A stretch of DNA of 64,000 nt from an uncultured Gemmatimonadales bacterium. GTDB lineage: Bacteria > Gemmatimonadota > Gemmatimonadetes > Gemmatimonadales > GWC2-71-9. The stretch spans positions 32,001-96,000 of the forward strand of contig CAWJMT010000037.1 in NCBI GenBank assembly GCA_963844035.1. The letters are read 5' to 3'. Below the pieces are notes generated by a model. That model was not told where the DNA came from and made no database searches. It was given only the letters and a program-made list of their open reading frames with translations. How positions within the stretch are numbered: the first letter of the stretch is position 1; every line of letters begins with the position of its first letter. Shown here one piece after another: positions 9,999 through 19,316 of this stretch. A program made the position numbers and the translations under genes.

Positions 9999-10814
9999 AT
10001 GAAAATCCACTCGCTCGCCGTTGCCTGTCTGCTGGTCGTGACCGGGACCGCATGTCACCGACCGATGAACTACACCAGCGTCGTGGGACCGCGCTACGCC
10101 GCAACCGCGGCGCCGCGCCCGACCGCCCGCGAGGACGGTGTGGTCCGCGTGGTCACGTTCAACATCAAGTGGGCGCTCCACACCGATTCCGCGATTGCCT
10201 TGCTGCAGTCGGATCCGTCACTCCAGGACGCCGATATCATCACGCTGCAGGAGATGGATGATCCGGCGACCCGGCGCGTCGCCGAGGCGCTCGGCATGTC
10301 GTACGTCTACTATCCTGCCACCCTGCATCCGCAGAGCAAGCGCGACTTCGGAAACGCGATCCTGTCCCGCTGGCCGATCACCGATGACCGGAAGATCGTC
10401 CTGCCGCATCCGGGGCGGTTCGCCAGGACGGTGCGCATCGCGACCACGGCGACCGTGACGGTGCGCGGCATACCGGTGCAGGTCTATTCGGTGCACCTCG
10501 CCACCTGGATCGAGCGCGGGCCGGGACAGCGGCGTGAGCAGGCGCGTGCCGTGGTGGACGACGCCGCCCAGTACGAGCGCGTTATCGTGAGCGGCGACAT
10601 GAACAGCCACGGGATCGGCAAGGTCGTGCAGGAGGCAGGCTACACCTGGCTCACGGAGCACAATCCTTCCACCGTTCTCCTAGGGAATTGGGACCACGTG
10701 TTCGTCAAAGGATTCGCTGCGACCGACGGGACCCCCACGGGCGTGGTGAGCGATAACCGGCACGCGAGCGATCACAAGCCCGTGTGGGTGGCGGTGTCGC
10801 TCGGCGGAGACTGA
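9999..10814 (+). CDS. Endonuclease/exonuclease/phosphatase family lipoprotein
   Basis: VTFNI, LQE, GNAILSRWP, GDMN, DHVF, SDHKPV; lipobox GTAC. Confidence 0.85.
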   Translation: MKIHSLAVACLLVVTGTACHRPMNYTSVVGPRYAATAAPRPTAREDGVVRVVTFNIKWALHTDSAIALLQSDPSLQDADIITLQEMDDPATRRVAEALGMSYVYYPATLHPQSKRDFGNAILSRWPITDDRKIVLPHPGRFARTVRIATTATVTVRGIPVQVYSVHLATWIERGPGQRREQARAVVDDAAQYERVIVSGDMNSHGIGKVVQEAGYTWLTEHNPSTVLLGNWDHVFVKGFAATDGTPTGVVSDNRHASDHKPVWVAVSLGGD

Positions 10815-10905
10815 CGCACCACCACGCATTGCCGCAGTTCGTTCCTCCGTACATCTTCAGTCCTTCCTTAGTGCTCCACTCGCGGAACAGAAGGAGTCGC
10901 AGCGA

Positions 10906-12595
10906 ATGCCCACCCAGCGGGGTGCTGCGCGCACCCTGATCCCAGCACTCCGTTGGCTGCGCAGCTACTCCGGAGAGTGGCTGCGGGCCGATGTCACGGC
11001 CGGCCTGACCGCCTCGGCGGTCGTGATCCCCAAAGCCATGGCCTATGCCGCCATCGCCGGCCTGCCGCTGCAGGTCGGGTTGTACACGGCGTTCGTTCCG
11101 ATGGTGATCTACGCGCTGCTCGGCACGTCGCGCGCGCTCAGCGTCAGCACCACCACGACCATCGCGATTCTGGTGGGGAGCCAACTCAGGGAGATGGCGC
11201 CCGGTGCGAGCGCCGCAGACCTGATCGTGCCGGCGGCCACGCTGGCGCTGCTCGTCGGGGCGATGCTGGTCGTCGCGTCGGTGTTGCGGTTCGGCTTCAT
11301 CGCGAACTTCATCTCCGAGCCCGTGTTGGTCGGATTCAAAGCGGCGATCGCGCTCGTGATCACCGTAGATCAAGTCCCGAAGCTGCTGGGATTTCACATC
11401 ACCAAAGCGGGATTCTTCCGCGACCTCTGGTCGGTCATCCAACACGTACCGGAGACCTCATTCGCCACCGTCATGCTGGCCGTCGCGCTGTTCGTCTTGC
11501 TGTTCGGGGTGGAGCGGTTCCTCCCGCGGGCGCCGGCGCCGCTCGTGGCACTGGGCGCTGCGATCGCGGCGTCGAGCCTGTTGGGTCTGGCGCAGCTCGG
11601 GGTGGAAACCGTGGGCACGGTCCCGAGCGGACTCCCCGGGTTCACCCGGCCGAGCGTTGACCTGCTCGTGCAGCTGTGGCCGGCGGCCGCCGGTATCGCG
11701 CTGATGAGCTTCACCGAGACGATCGCCGCCGCGCGGGCGTTCCGGGCGCCCGGCGAGCCGCCGCTCGTTCCCAATCAGGAGCTGCTCGCCGTGGGGCTCG
11801 CGAATGTGGGCGGCGGCCTGTTCGGCGCCATGCCGGCCGGCGGCGGCACGTCGCAGACCGCTGTCAACCGGAGGGCCGGCGCCCGCACCCAGATGGCCGA
11901 GCTTGTCACCGCCGCGATGGCGGTGGCCACGCTCATGTTCCTGGCGCCCGTGATCGCGCTGCTGCCGCAGGCGGCGCTCGCCGCCGTCGTTGTCGCGTAC
12001 TCGGTCGAGCTGTTCAAGCCGGAGGAGTTTCGCGAAATCCGCCGGGTGCGGCGGGCCGGAGTTCCGCTGGGCTGCGATCGCGGTCCTCGGCGTCCTGCTG
12101 CTCGGCACGCTGAAGGGGATCATCGTCGCGGTCATCGCGTCGCTCCTGTCGCTCGCCTACGACGCGTACAACCCGCCGGTGTACGCCGTCGGCCGCAAGC
12201 GCGGGACCAACGTGTTTCGCCCGCTCTCGAGCGAGCACCCGGATGATGAGACCTGGCCGGGCTTGTTGATCGTGCGAATGGAAGGCCGGATCTTCTTCGC
12301 CAACGCGCAACGGGCGGGCGACCAGATGTGGCCCCTCATCGAGCAGGCCCGGCCGTCGGTGGTGGTACTCGATTGCAGTGCCATCCTCGATATCGAGTAC
12401 ACGGCGCTCAAGATGTTGTCGGAGGGCGAGGCGACCCTGCGCGCCGAGAGCGTCACCCTCTGGCTTGCCGGCCTGAACCCCGGTGTGCTTGCCGTGGTGC
12501 GGAATTCCCGCCTGGGCGAGGTCCTCGGCAACGAGCGCCTGTTCTTTACCTTGGAATCCGCCTTGGAGCGCTACCAGCAGAGGCCCCGCGTGTGA
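10906..12595 (+). CDS. SulP family anion transporter with STAS domain (frameshift near 12057)
   Basis: DVTAGLT, IPKAMAYAAIAGLP..GLY, NQELLAVG; STAS segment IFFANA...LDCSAI..IEYTA. Confidence 0.9.
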
Positions 12596-12728
12596 CCTAG
12601 GGCACACCCGGCATCTGCCGATTGGGCAGACGTGGGGAATTACGCCCGCCACGTGACGCCAGGTGTGTTGCTCCAGCCGCCTCTTACTACATTGGGTGCG
12701 CCCCGACCACCCTTTTGGAGGCGTAGAT

Positions 12729-13622
12729 ATGCGCGTCACACCGTTCCTTCTTGCCCTGGCTGCCGCCGTCGCTGCCCGGCCCGCCCTGGCCCAGTCCGAA
12801 CGGCAGCTCCGAGGCTACTTCGAAGGCAAGAACGTCATGGTCAAGCTCGACATGCCCGGCACCGAGGCGGGCATCGACGTGCGTCCTGACATGCCCCATC
12901 CGATCGCCTATCCCGATCTCGCCAAGCGCCTCAAGACCTACGGGACGTCCCTTCACCGTGGCGACCAGGCGACCGTGACCAAGGTCAAGGTCAAGAACGA
13001 CCTGATCGAGTTCCAGCTGGGCGGCGGCGGATACGGCACGTTCGGTGACGACGCGAGCCCGAACATCAATATCCCGCTGACACCCAAGAGCGTGCGGGAG
13101 AAGAACCTCGAGCAGGATCTCCAGAATACCAGCGATCCCGCGCTGCGCCGTAGGCTTCAAGAGGAGCTCGACGGGTTGCGGCGCTCCCGCCAGCGGGAAG
13201 ACTCCCGCAACCAGGCGCGCGCCGCCGAAGCGCGACAGATCAAGGAGGCGAACATCCGGCAGCGGCGCGCCGAGGGGGGATCGCGCTTCAACATACGGTT
13301 CCGGGACGGCGTGCCCCCTGAGATGCTCACACCCGACGGCTTGATGCGGGTGCTGGCGGAGTACGTCGACTTTGCGCCGGCTGAAGGTGGCCCCCCCGTG
13401 CAGAACGCGGGCTTTGATGAGCCGGCCGGCGGCGACCTGCGCAAGGGGCTCACCGTCGAGGAGGTCGACGCCATTATGGGTCGCCCCGAGTCCATTGGAC
13501 AGCGGCGCGAGGGCACGCTCAACGTCAGCACGTCCACGTACCGCATGCCGGGACGCACCGTCATGGCGGAGTTCGTCGAGGGAGTGTTGATCCGCTACAC
13601 GATTTCGTCGAGCTCGCGCTAG
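12729..13622 (+). CDS. Exported hypothetical protein (coiled coil; SmpA/BamE-like C-terminus)
   Basis: RBS GGAGG, signal peptide ending ALA, C-terminal LRKGLTVEEVDAIMGRP. Confidence 0.75.
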   Translation: MRVTPFLLALAAAVAARPALAQSERQLRGYFEGKNVMVKLDMPGTEAGIDVRPDMPHPIAYPDLAKRLKTYGTSLHRGDQATVTKVKVKNDLIEFQLGGGGYGTFGDDASPNINIPLTPKSVREKNLEQDLQNTSDPALRRRLQEELDGLRRSRQREDSRNQARAAEARQIKEANIRQRRAEGGSRFNIRFRDGVPPEMLTPDGLMRVLAEYVDFAPAEGGPPVQNAGFDEPAGGDLRKGLTVEEVDAIMGRPESIGQRREGTLNVSTSTYRMPGRTVMAEFVEGVLIRYTISSSSR

Positions 13623-13639
13623 CTCACCCAGCGTCTGAG

Positions 13640-13678
13640 GATCCCGGGCGGAGCGCTCCGCCCGGGATCTTTCTTTTC
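13640..13678 (+). terminator. Intrinsic terminator
   Basis: 30-bp perfect palindrome GATCCCGGGCGGAGC/GCTCCGCCCGGGATC followed by TTTCTTTT. Confidence 0.85.
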
Positions 13679-13690
13679 CCGTCGATGGAC

Positions 13691-13732
13691 TTGACGAAAT
13701 GGCTGCGGTCTCGTATATAACCAATAGGTTAT
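13691..13732 (+). promoter_or_regulatory. Sigma70 promoter with probable ArsR operator
   Basis: TTGACG-N17-TATATA; inverted repeat ATAACC-N4-GGTTAT (13717-13732) overlapping the -10 and the start codon. Confidence 0.75.
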
Positions 13733-14081
13733 GCAAAGCCGTCGCCTCGATGCCACCTTCGCCGCACTCGCCGATCCCACGCGGCGCGCTATCCTTGCCC
13801 GGCTCGCCTTGGGCCAGGCGTCGGTGATGGATCTGGCCGCGCCATTCGCGATGAGCCAGCCCGCGATCTCGAAGCATCTGAAAGTGCTGGAGCGGGCAGG
13901 GTTGATTTCGCGCCGTCGCGACGCGCAGCGGAGGCCGCGCCGGTTGGAGCCGCGGCCGCTGGCCGACGCCACCGACTGGCTGGAACGCTACCGCCAGCTG
14001 TGGGAGGGGAACTACAAGCGTCTCGACGCCGTACTCGAAGTGCTCAAGACCAAGAGGACCACGCCAGGAGACCGCCGATGA
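13731..14081 (+). CDS. ArsR/SmtB family transcriptional regulator
   Basis: FAALADPTRRAIL, MSQPAISKHLKVLERAGLI. Confidence 0.95.
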   Translation: MQSRRLDATFAALADPTRRAILARLALGQASVMDLAAPFAMSQPAISKHLKVLERAGLISRRRDAQRRPRRLEPRPLADATDWLERYRQLWEGNYKRLDAVLEVLKTKRTTPGDRR

Positions 14082-14959
14082 CCACGACCGGAACACTGCA
14101 GGTCACGACGCCGACGGATCGCGAGATCGTGATGACGCGCGTCTTCGATGCGCCCCGCACGCTCGTGTTCGAGGCCTTTACGGTACCCGCGCTGCTCAAG
14201 CAGTGGTTGCTGGGACCGCCCGGGTGGTCGATGCCGGTGTGCGAGGTCGACCTGCGGGTGGGGGGCAAGTACCGCTACGAATGGCGGAACGACGGCGATG
14301 GCACCACGATGGGGATGGGCGGCGTGTATCGCGAAGTCGTGGCGCCGCAGCGGATCGTCTGCACCGAGCGGTTCGACGAAGCGTGGTACCCGGGCGAGGG
14401 CCTCGGGACGCTGGTCCTGGTGGAGCAGGGTGGGAAGACGACCGCGACGCAGACCATGCGCTACGAATCGCGCGAAGCGCGCGACGCCGCCATCAAGACC
14501 GGCATGGAGAAGGGCGTGGCCGCGAGCTATGACCGGCTCGAGGGTCTGCTGGTGCCGCCGCGCCGTCCGCTGCGCAGCATTGCGGCGGTACTCGCGGGAT
14601 TCATGTCGGTGGTGATTCTCTCGCTCGCTACCGATCAAGTGCTGCATGTCCTCAAGGTGTATCCGCCGTGGGGCCAGCCGATGTTCGAGCCGGGCCTGAA
14701 CTTGCTGGCGCTGAGCTATCGCATGGTGTACTCCGTGCTCGGGAGCTACATCGCCGCACGGCTGGCTCCCCGCTATCCGATGTGGCACGCCGTGATCCTC
14801 GGGGTCATCGGGCTCCCGCCGGGCGTGGCCGGCGTGGTCGTGGCCTTCAAGACGAACCTGGGCCCGGCCTGGTATCCCATCGCGCTGGTGCTTGCGACGT
14901 TGCCGTGTGCGTGGTTGGGCGGTGTTCTCTACCGCATGAAACATCAAGGAGCACGCTGA
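14078..14959 (+). CDS. SRPBCC/Aha1 domain protein fused to a 4-TM domain
   Basis: [25 protein letters not shown], then an in-frame hydrophobic C-terminal region. Confidence 0.85.
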   Translation: MTTTGTLQVTTPTDREIVMTRVFDAPRTLVFEAFTVPALLKQWLLGPPGWSMPVCEVDLRVGGKYRYEWRNDGDGTTMGMGGVYREVVAPQRIVCTERFDEAWYPGEGLGTLVLVEQGGKTTATQTMRYESREARDAAIKTGMEKGVAASYDRLEGLLVPPRRPLRSIAAVLAGFMSVVILSLATDQVLHVLKVYPPWGQPMFEPGLNLLALSYRMVYSVLGSYIAARLAPRYPMWHAVILGVIGLPPGVAGVVVAFKTNLGPAWYPIALVLATLPCAWLGGVLYRMKHQGAR

Positions 14960-15433
14960 TGCAAAAGATCACGCCGTTCCTGTGGTTCGATGGCCAAGCC
15001 GAAGAGGCGATGAATTTCTACGTGTCGATCTTCAAGAATTCCAAGGTGGTGCGGGTGAGTCGTTACGGAGACGCCGGGCCGGGGCCCAAGGGGAGTGTCA
15101 TGTCCGCGACGTTCCAGCTCGAGGGCCAGGACTTCTACGCCCTGAACGGCGGGCCCGCAATACAAGTTCACGCCGGCGATTTCGCTGTTCGTGAACTGTG
15201 AGACGCAGCAAGAGGTCGACGAGCTGTGGGCCAAGCTGTCGGCGGGCGGCCGCATCGACCGCTGCGGCTGGCTGCAGGACAAGTACGGCTTGTCCTGGCA
15301 GATCATTCCTTCGGTCCTCGGCAAGCTGCTTGGGGACAAGGATCCCGCCAAGGCAGGGCGGGTGATGCAGGCGATGCTGGGAATGCAAAAGATCGATATC
15401 AAAGGTCTGCAGCAGGCCTACGACAGGGGGTAG
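14959..15433 (+). CDS. VOC/PhnB family protein (frameshift near 15160)
   Basis: [37 protein letters not shown]. Confidence 0.9.
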
Positions 15434-15614
15434 GCAGGTCGGCCCGCTATGGGGGGCCGTTGCACGGCGCGACGAGCGACCAGCCGGCCGCGGCTTCCCC
15501 CCTCCGTGACTATCCCCAAAACCGCTGTTCCGCGACTATGTTATGCGACGGGCTTGTCCTCGCGCCTAGCCCTCCTCGGGGTCCGACACCGCAATCGTTT
15601 GGGGGAACCACATC

Positions 15615-16398
15615 GTGCTTGGTTCACGCTCGCTGGCTGCGCCGCTGCGGCCCGCTCTCATCGCTGCGCTCGTCGGTGTCGTCCCCGCGGTGGCCGCCGC
15701 GCAGGCCCACTGGAAAGTGGATCCGAAAACGAGCCTCGTGTGGTGGCAGATGAGCCCGCATCTGAATCATTTGTGGGGCACGACCTGTCCTGAGGACCGC
15801 TCCTGGCGGCCGGGCGAAAACCGCAGCCCCGGCTGGCGCATCAATCCCCGGCTCAGGCTCCCCGAGTCCGGGTTTGCCGCTGTCGACGACACGGTGAACG
15901 TTCCCCTCTTCCCGCGGGACGAAGTCGAGGCGGTATGCGCGGAGCAGGTCGCCGGCGAGGTGAACCTGCCCGACACGGTGACGTACCGGGGCGCCACCGG
16001 ATCGATCAGGGTGAAGGCCGAGGGCCTCGTGTCGGGCCAACAGATGCGGGACATGCTCATGCATCAGGTGCTCGAGATCCAGTCGTTTCCGGAGCTCACG
16101 TTCAGGCTGGACAGTGTGGTGGGTCTGCGGCAGGAAACGGACGCGCTGGTCGGCAGTGCCCTCGGACATTCTCACCATTCGCGGGGTGCAGGAGCCGATC
16201 GTCGCTTCCCTGCGAGTGTTCCCGGACGCGGCCGGGATGCGCGTGCTGGCCAGGTGGCGCATGACGGCCGATACGTTGTCCCACAAGTTCATTCCCAAGA
16301 TCCGCATCTTCGGCCTCGGTAGTAACACCGCCATCTGGCACGATTTCTTCATGGGCGCCGACCTCATCTTTGTTAAGGATGAGGCCGGGGCGCACTGA
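15615..16398 (+). CDS. Exported YceI-like protein (frameshift near 16165)
   Basis: Signal peptide, WKVDPKTS, SGQQMRD...FPELTF, LTIRGV. Confidence 0.6.
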
Positions 16399-16473
16399 AG
16401 ACGCCGTCCGCTGGCCCTCGACATGAGAGCCGGAGGGTCATATGCTTGTCACCACCTCTTGCCCCCTGGACCG

Positions 16474-16824
16474 ATGCTGCGAGCGTTAGTCGCCGGACTT
16501 CTCATCGCCACCATGACGGCGTGCACCAGCTGGTCGCAGGTCTCGATGTCTCCCGTCAACTACATCCGCAGCCACGACCCCCCGGCGGTCTGGTTGGAGC
16601 TCGAGGACGGCTCGACGATGATTCTCGGGCGGCCGCGCGTCATGGGGGACACCCTGCGGGGCATCGCCTCGGGTGTGTACCGCAACGTGCCGCTCAGCCA
16701 CGTGACGAAGTTCAAGGCGCAGGAGCCTTCGAAAACGAAAACGGGTCTGCTGATCGCTGGCGGGGTCCTGTTTGCCGCCGGCATCGTCTGGGTGGCCACG
16801 TCGTCCGACCATACCACGCCGTAG
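16474..16824 (+). CDS. Small lipoprotein with a C-terminal TM segment
   Basis: MLRALVAGLLIATMTAC lipobox; hydrophobic C-terminus. Confidence 0.7.
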   Translation: MLRALVAGLLIATMTACTSWSQVSMSPVNYIRSHDPPAVWLELEDGSTMILGRPRVMGDTLRGIASGVYRNVPLSHVTKFKAQEPSKTKTGLLIAGGVLFAAGIVWVATSSDHTTP

Positions 16825-16848
16825 CGCCAACGGCGGGCCGGACGTAAG

Positions 16849-16882
16849 ACAGCCCCGCATCCGACTGGATGCGGGGCTGTTT
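16849..16882 (+). terminator. Intrinsic terminator hairpin
   Basis: ACAGCCCCGCATCC-GACT-GGATGCGGGGCTGT followed by TT. Confidence 0.75.
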
Positions 16883-16962
16883 CGCCTTTGGGCGTCTACT
16901 GATGGGTTGGCCGGTGTGCGCCTGACTGTTGCACCCGTGCTACACCCTCACTCCCCCGGAGA

Positions 16963-17304
16963 TCAGGAGGCGCCGTTCAAGACGCCGTTGCCGTTGCCGT
17001 TGCCGTTCCCGTTGCCGTTGCCGTTCAGCTTGGAACGGCCACCCGTGACGGCCAGCCAGCGCTTACGCATGGCGATCAGGTCATCGAGCTGGCTCCGCAA
17101 GCTGGCGATCTCGGAGTCCAAGTTCGCCAGACGCCAATCGATATACTGCTCCGCCTGCTCCGGCGACCAGTCGGTGGAGCCGATCGACAGCGACTGCTCC
17201 GGCACCTGCACCCTGTGGCTCCCACTTGGTCTTTCATGGTTCGAGGCCTCCAGCGCTTCGACCACTTCGTTCCTGGGCCCGAACACGCCTAATTTCTTCA
17301 CCAT
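16963..17304 (-). CDS. Small coiled-coil hypothetical protein with an (NG)n tail
   Basis: RBS GGAGGA before ATG 17304; heptad segment LANLDSEIASLRSQLDDL; NGNGNG tract. Confidence 0.6.
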   Translation of the reverse strand: MVKKLGVFGPRNEVVEALEASNHERPSGSHRVQVPEQSLSIGSTDWSPEQAEQYIDWRLANLDSEIASLRSQLDDLIAMRKRWLAVTGGRSKLNGNGNGNGNGNGNGVLNGAS

Positions 17305-17586
17305 ACAAGTCCTCCCCCGGCCGTGGATTTGAGTTGCGATCCGCGCCGTGCTCACGCACTGTCGCGGTCGACTGGGCGCACCCAGCACCTTCGCAAGAGG
17401 TGCGCCACCGGGTCCCGCCAGCCAAGTCACGATTCTGCATGCGTTTGGTCCGGCACGTCCTGGCACGCTCGCTGATTGCCCGTGACGGCACGCTGCAGGC
17501 AGTGCTTCAGATCGCCTGAGGCATCGTGGTAGCGAACCCTGCAACTGGCCTGCACCTTGATGCCACCCGCCCAACGAGGAGCACCG

Positions 17587-18210
17587 ATGACCGTCCCGTC
17601 CGACTTTCCCGCATCACTCGAGATCGACTACCCGGACCGCGACCTGGACCGGTTCACCACGCTGTTCCGGCCGTTCGCCGTCATTCCCATTGCGATCGTG
17701 CTCGGTCTGGTCAGCGGGTCCACGGTGCGCGTCGAGGGCGACAAGTACCTGTTCGGCACGGGAGGAGTCGTGTTCTGCGCGACCCTGCTCATGCTCGTGT
17801 TCCGCCAGAAGTACCCGCGCTGGTGGTTCGACTGGCACCTGGGAGTGACGCAGTTCGGCACGCGCGTGTCCGCCTATATGGCGTTGTTGCGGGACGAGTA
17901 TCCGGCGACCGATGACGAGCAAGCTGTCCATGTGACGATCCGCTATCCGGATGCGGCGCGCGACCTGAACCGCTGGCTGCCGCTCGTCAAGTGGATCCTG
18001 GCCGTCCCGCACTACATCGTGCTCACGTTTCTGGCGATCGCCGCGGTCTTCTGCGTGATCGTCGCCTGGTTCGCCATCCTGTTCACCGGCCGCTATCCGC
18101 GTTCGTTGTTCGACTTCGTGGTCGGTGTGATGCGCTGGTCGCTCCGGGTGAGCGCCTACGCATTCCTGCTCACGACCGATCGCTATCCGCCGTTCAGTGT
18201 GGCGGCGTGA
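17587..18210 (+). CDS. DUF4389 membrane protein
   Basis: YPRWWFDW, LNRWLPLVKWILAVPHYIVL, TDRYPPFS. Confidence 0.9.
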   Translation: MTVPSDFPASLEIDYPDRDLDRFTTLFRPFAVIPIAIVLGLVSGSTVRVEGDKYLFGTGGVVFCATLLMLVFRQKYPRWWFDWHLGVTQFGTRVSAYMALLRDEYPATDDEQAVHVTIRYPDAARDLNRWLPLVKWILAVPHYIVLTFLAIAAVFCVIVAWFAILFTGRYPRSLFDFVVGVMRWSLRVSAYAFLLTTDRYPPFSVAA

Positions 18211-18267
18211 CGCACCGGCGGCACGGGCCGTCGTCCGCCGGCCGCGCCCGGGTACCTTCCAGGCACC

Positions 18268-18606
18268 ATGAAAACACACAGCGCAAAGCGCAAAGGCAAA
18301 CGGCTCCAGGCGACCGTCAGGACAGCGATCCTGGAGCGGTTCCCCGAGTTGGCGGGCGATGATGTCCGGGTCGCCGTCCGGTCGGAGCCGGGCACCGATA
18401 TCAAGCTGTCACCCCAGGCCCGCAGCGTGTTCCCGTACTCCGTGGAGTGCAAGAACGTCGAGCGGCTGAATATCTGGGAGGCGCTGGCGCAGGCACACCG
18501 CAACACGCAGGACGCCACCGCCGCATTGCTGGTGTTCAGTCGCAACCGGACGGAGCCGTACGTCGCGTTGCCGCTCACCGAGTTCATGAAGCTGCTCCGG
18601 AAGTGA
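18268..18606 (+). CDS. PD-(D/E)xK nuclease, phage-type Holliday junction resolvase-like
   Basis: MKTHSAKRKGKRLQ, GTDIKLSPQAR, YSVECKN. Confidence 0.75.
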   Translation: MKTHSAKRKGKRLQATVRTAILERFPELAGDDVRVAVRSEPGTDIKLSPQARSVFPYSVECKNVERLNIWEALAQAHRNTQDATAALLVFSRNRTEPYVALPLTEFMKLLRK

Positions 18607-18635
18607 GGGTAGCCGCTCTCCGCCGGCTCGTTCCC

Positions 18636-19316
18636 ATGCGGCGCGCGGCGATCCTGATCGGCTGGATCCTCCTCGCGGGGTTGGTTGCCTGGTCCGCCGA
18701 CCTGCATCACTACATCGTCCGCGCCGCCGAGCTGCTCGAGCCGCTGGTGGCACGCGACCCGACGGCCGGCGCCTTGCTGTTTGTCGCGCTGGCGGCCCTG
18801 TCCGCGGTGCTCGTCTTCTTCTCCGGCGTGCTGCTGGTGCCGTTCGGCATCCAGGTGTGGGGAGAGTGGGGCTGTTTCCTGCTCTTGTGGATCGGCTGGT
18901 TTCTGGGCGGCGTCCTGACGTACGCGATCGGGCGCGGCTTCGGCTGGCCGATCGTGCGCTGGTTGCTCTCCCCGCGCGTCGCCGCCGAATACAAGACGCG
19001 GATACCGACGTCGCAGTCCTTTGTGCCCGTCCTGCTGGCGCAGCTGGCGCTCCCGTCGGAAGCTGTGGGCTACGTGTGCGGGTTGCTCCGGATCCCCCTG
19101 CTCACGTATGCGGGCGCGCTCGCGATCGCGGAGCTTCCGTATGCGCTGGGCACTGTGATTCTCGGGAATGCCTTCTATCGGCGGGAGTACGTGATGCTGC
19201 TGTCCCTCGCTGTTGCTGGTCTCCTGGTGTTCGGCTGGGTGCGGTGGCGGCAACCGAAGTCACGCCGCCGCTCTAGGGCCGGGGCAGCGCGGCGTCGCCC
19301 ACATTCTTTGCCGTGA
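18636..19316 (+). CDS. VTT/DedA (TVP38/TMEM64) membrane protein
   Basis: Multi-TM; YAIGRGFG, LPSEAVGYVCGL; 3' end overlaps the convergent gene. Confidence 0.8.
   Translation: MRRAAILIGWILLAGLVAWSADLHHYIVRAAELLEPLVARDPTAGALLFVALAALSAVLVFFSGVLLVPFGIQVWGEWGCFLLLWIGWFLGGVLTYAIGRGFGWPIVRWLLSPRVAAEYKTRIPTSQSFVPVLLAQLALPSEAVGYVCGLLRIPLLTYAGALAIAELPYALGTVILGNAFYRREYVMLLSLAVAGLLVFGWVRWRQPKSRRRSRAGAARRRPHSLP

Noticed and set aside
16880..16950. TTGCACCC/CTACACCC direct repeats resembling integrase arm sites
   Set aside because: No tRNA, integrase or second att copy was found in the window.
17450..17500. Sigma54 promoter among repeated GGCACG motifs
   Set aside because: No copy has a correctly spaced TTGC -12 element.
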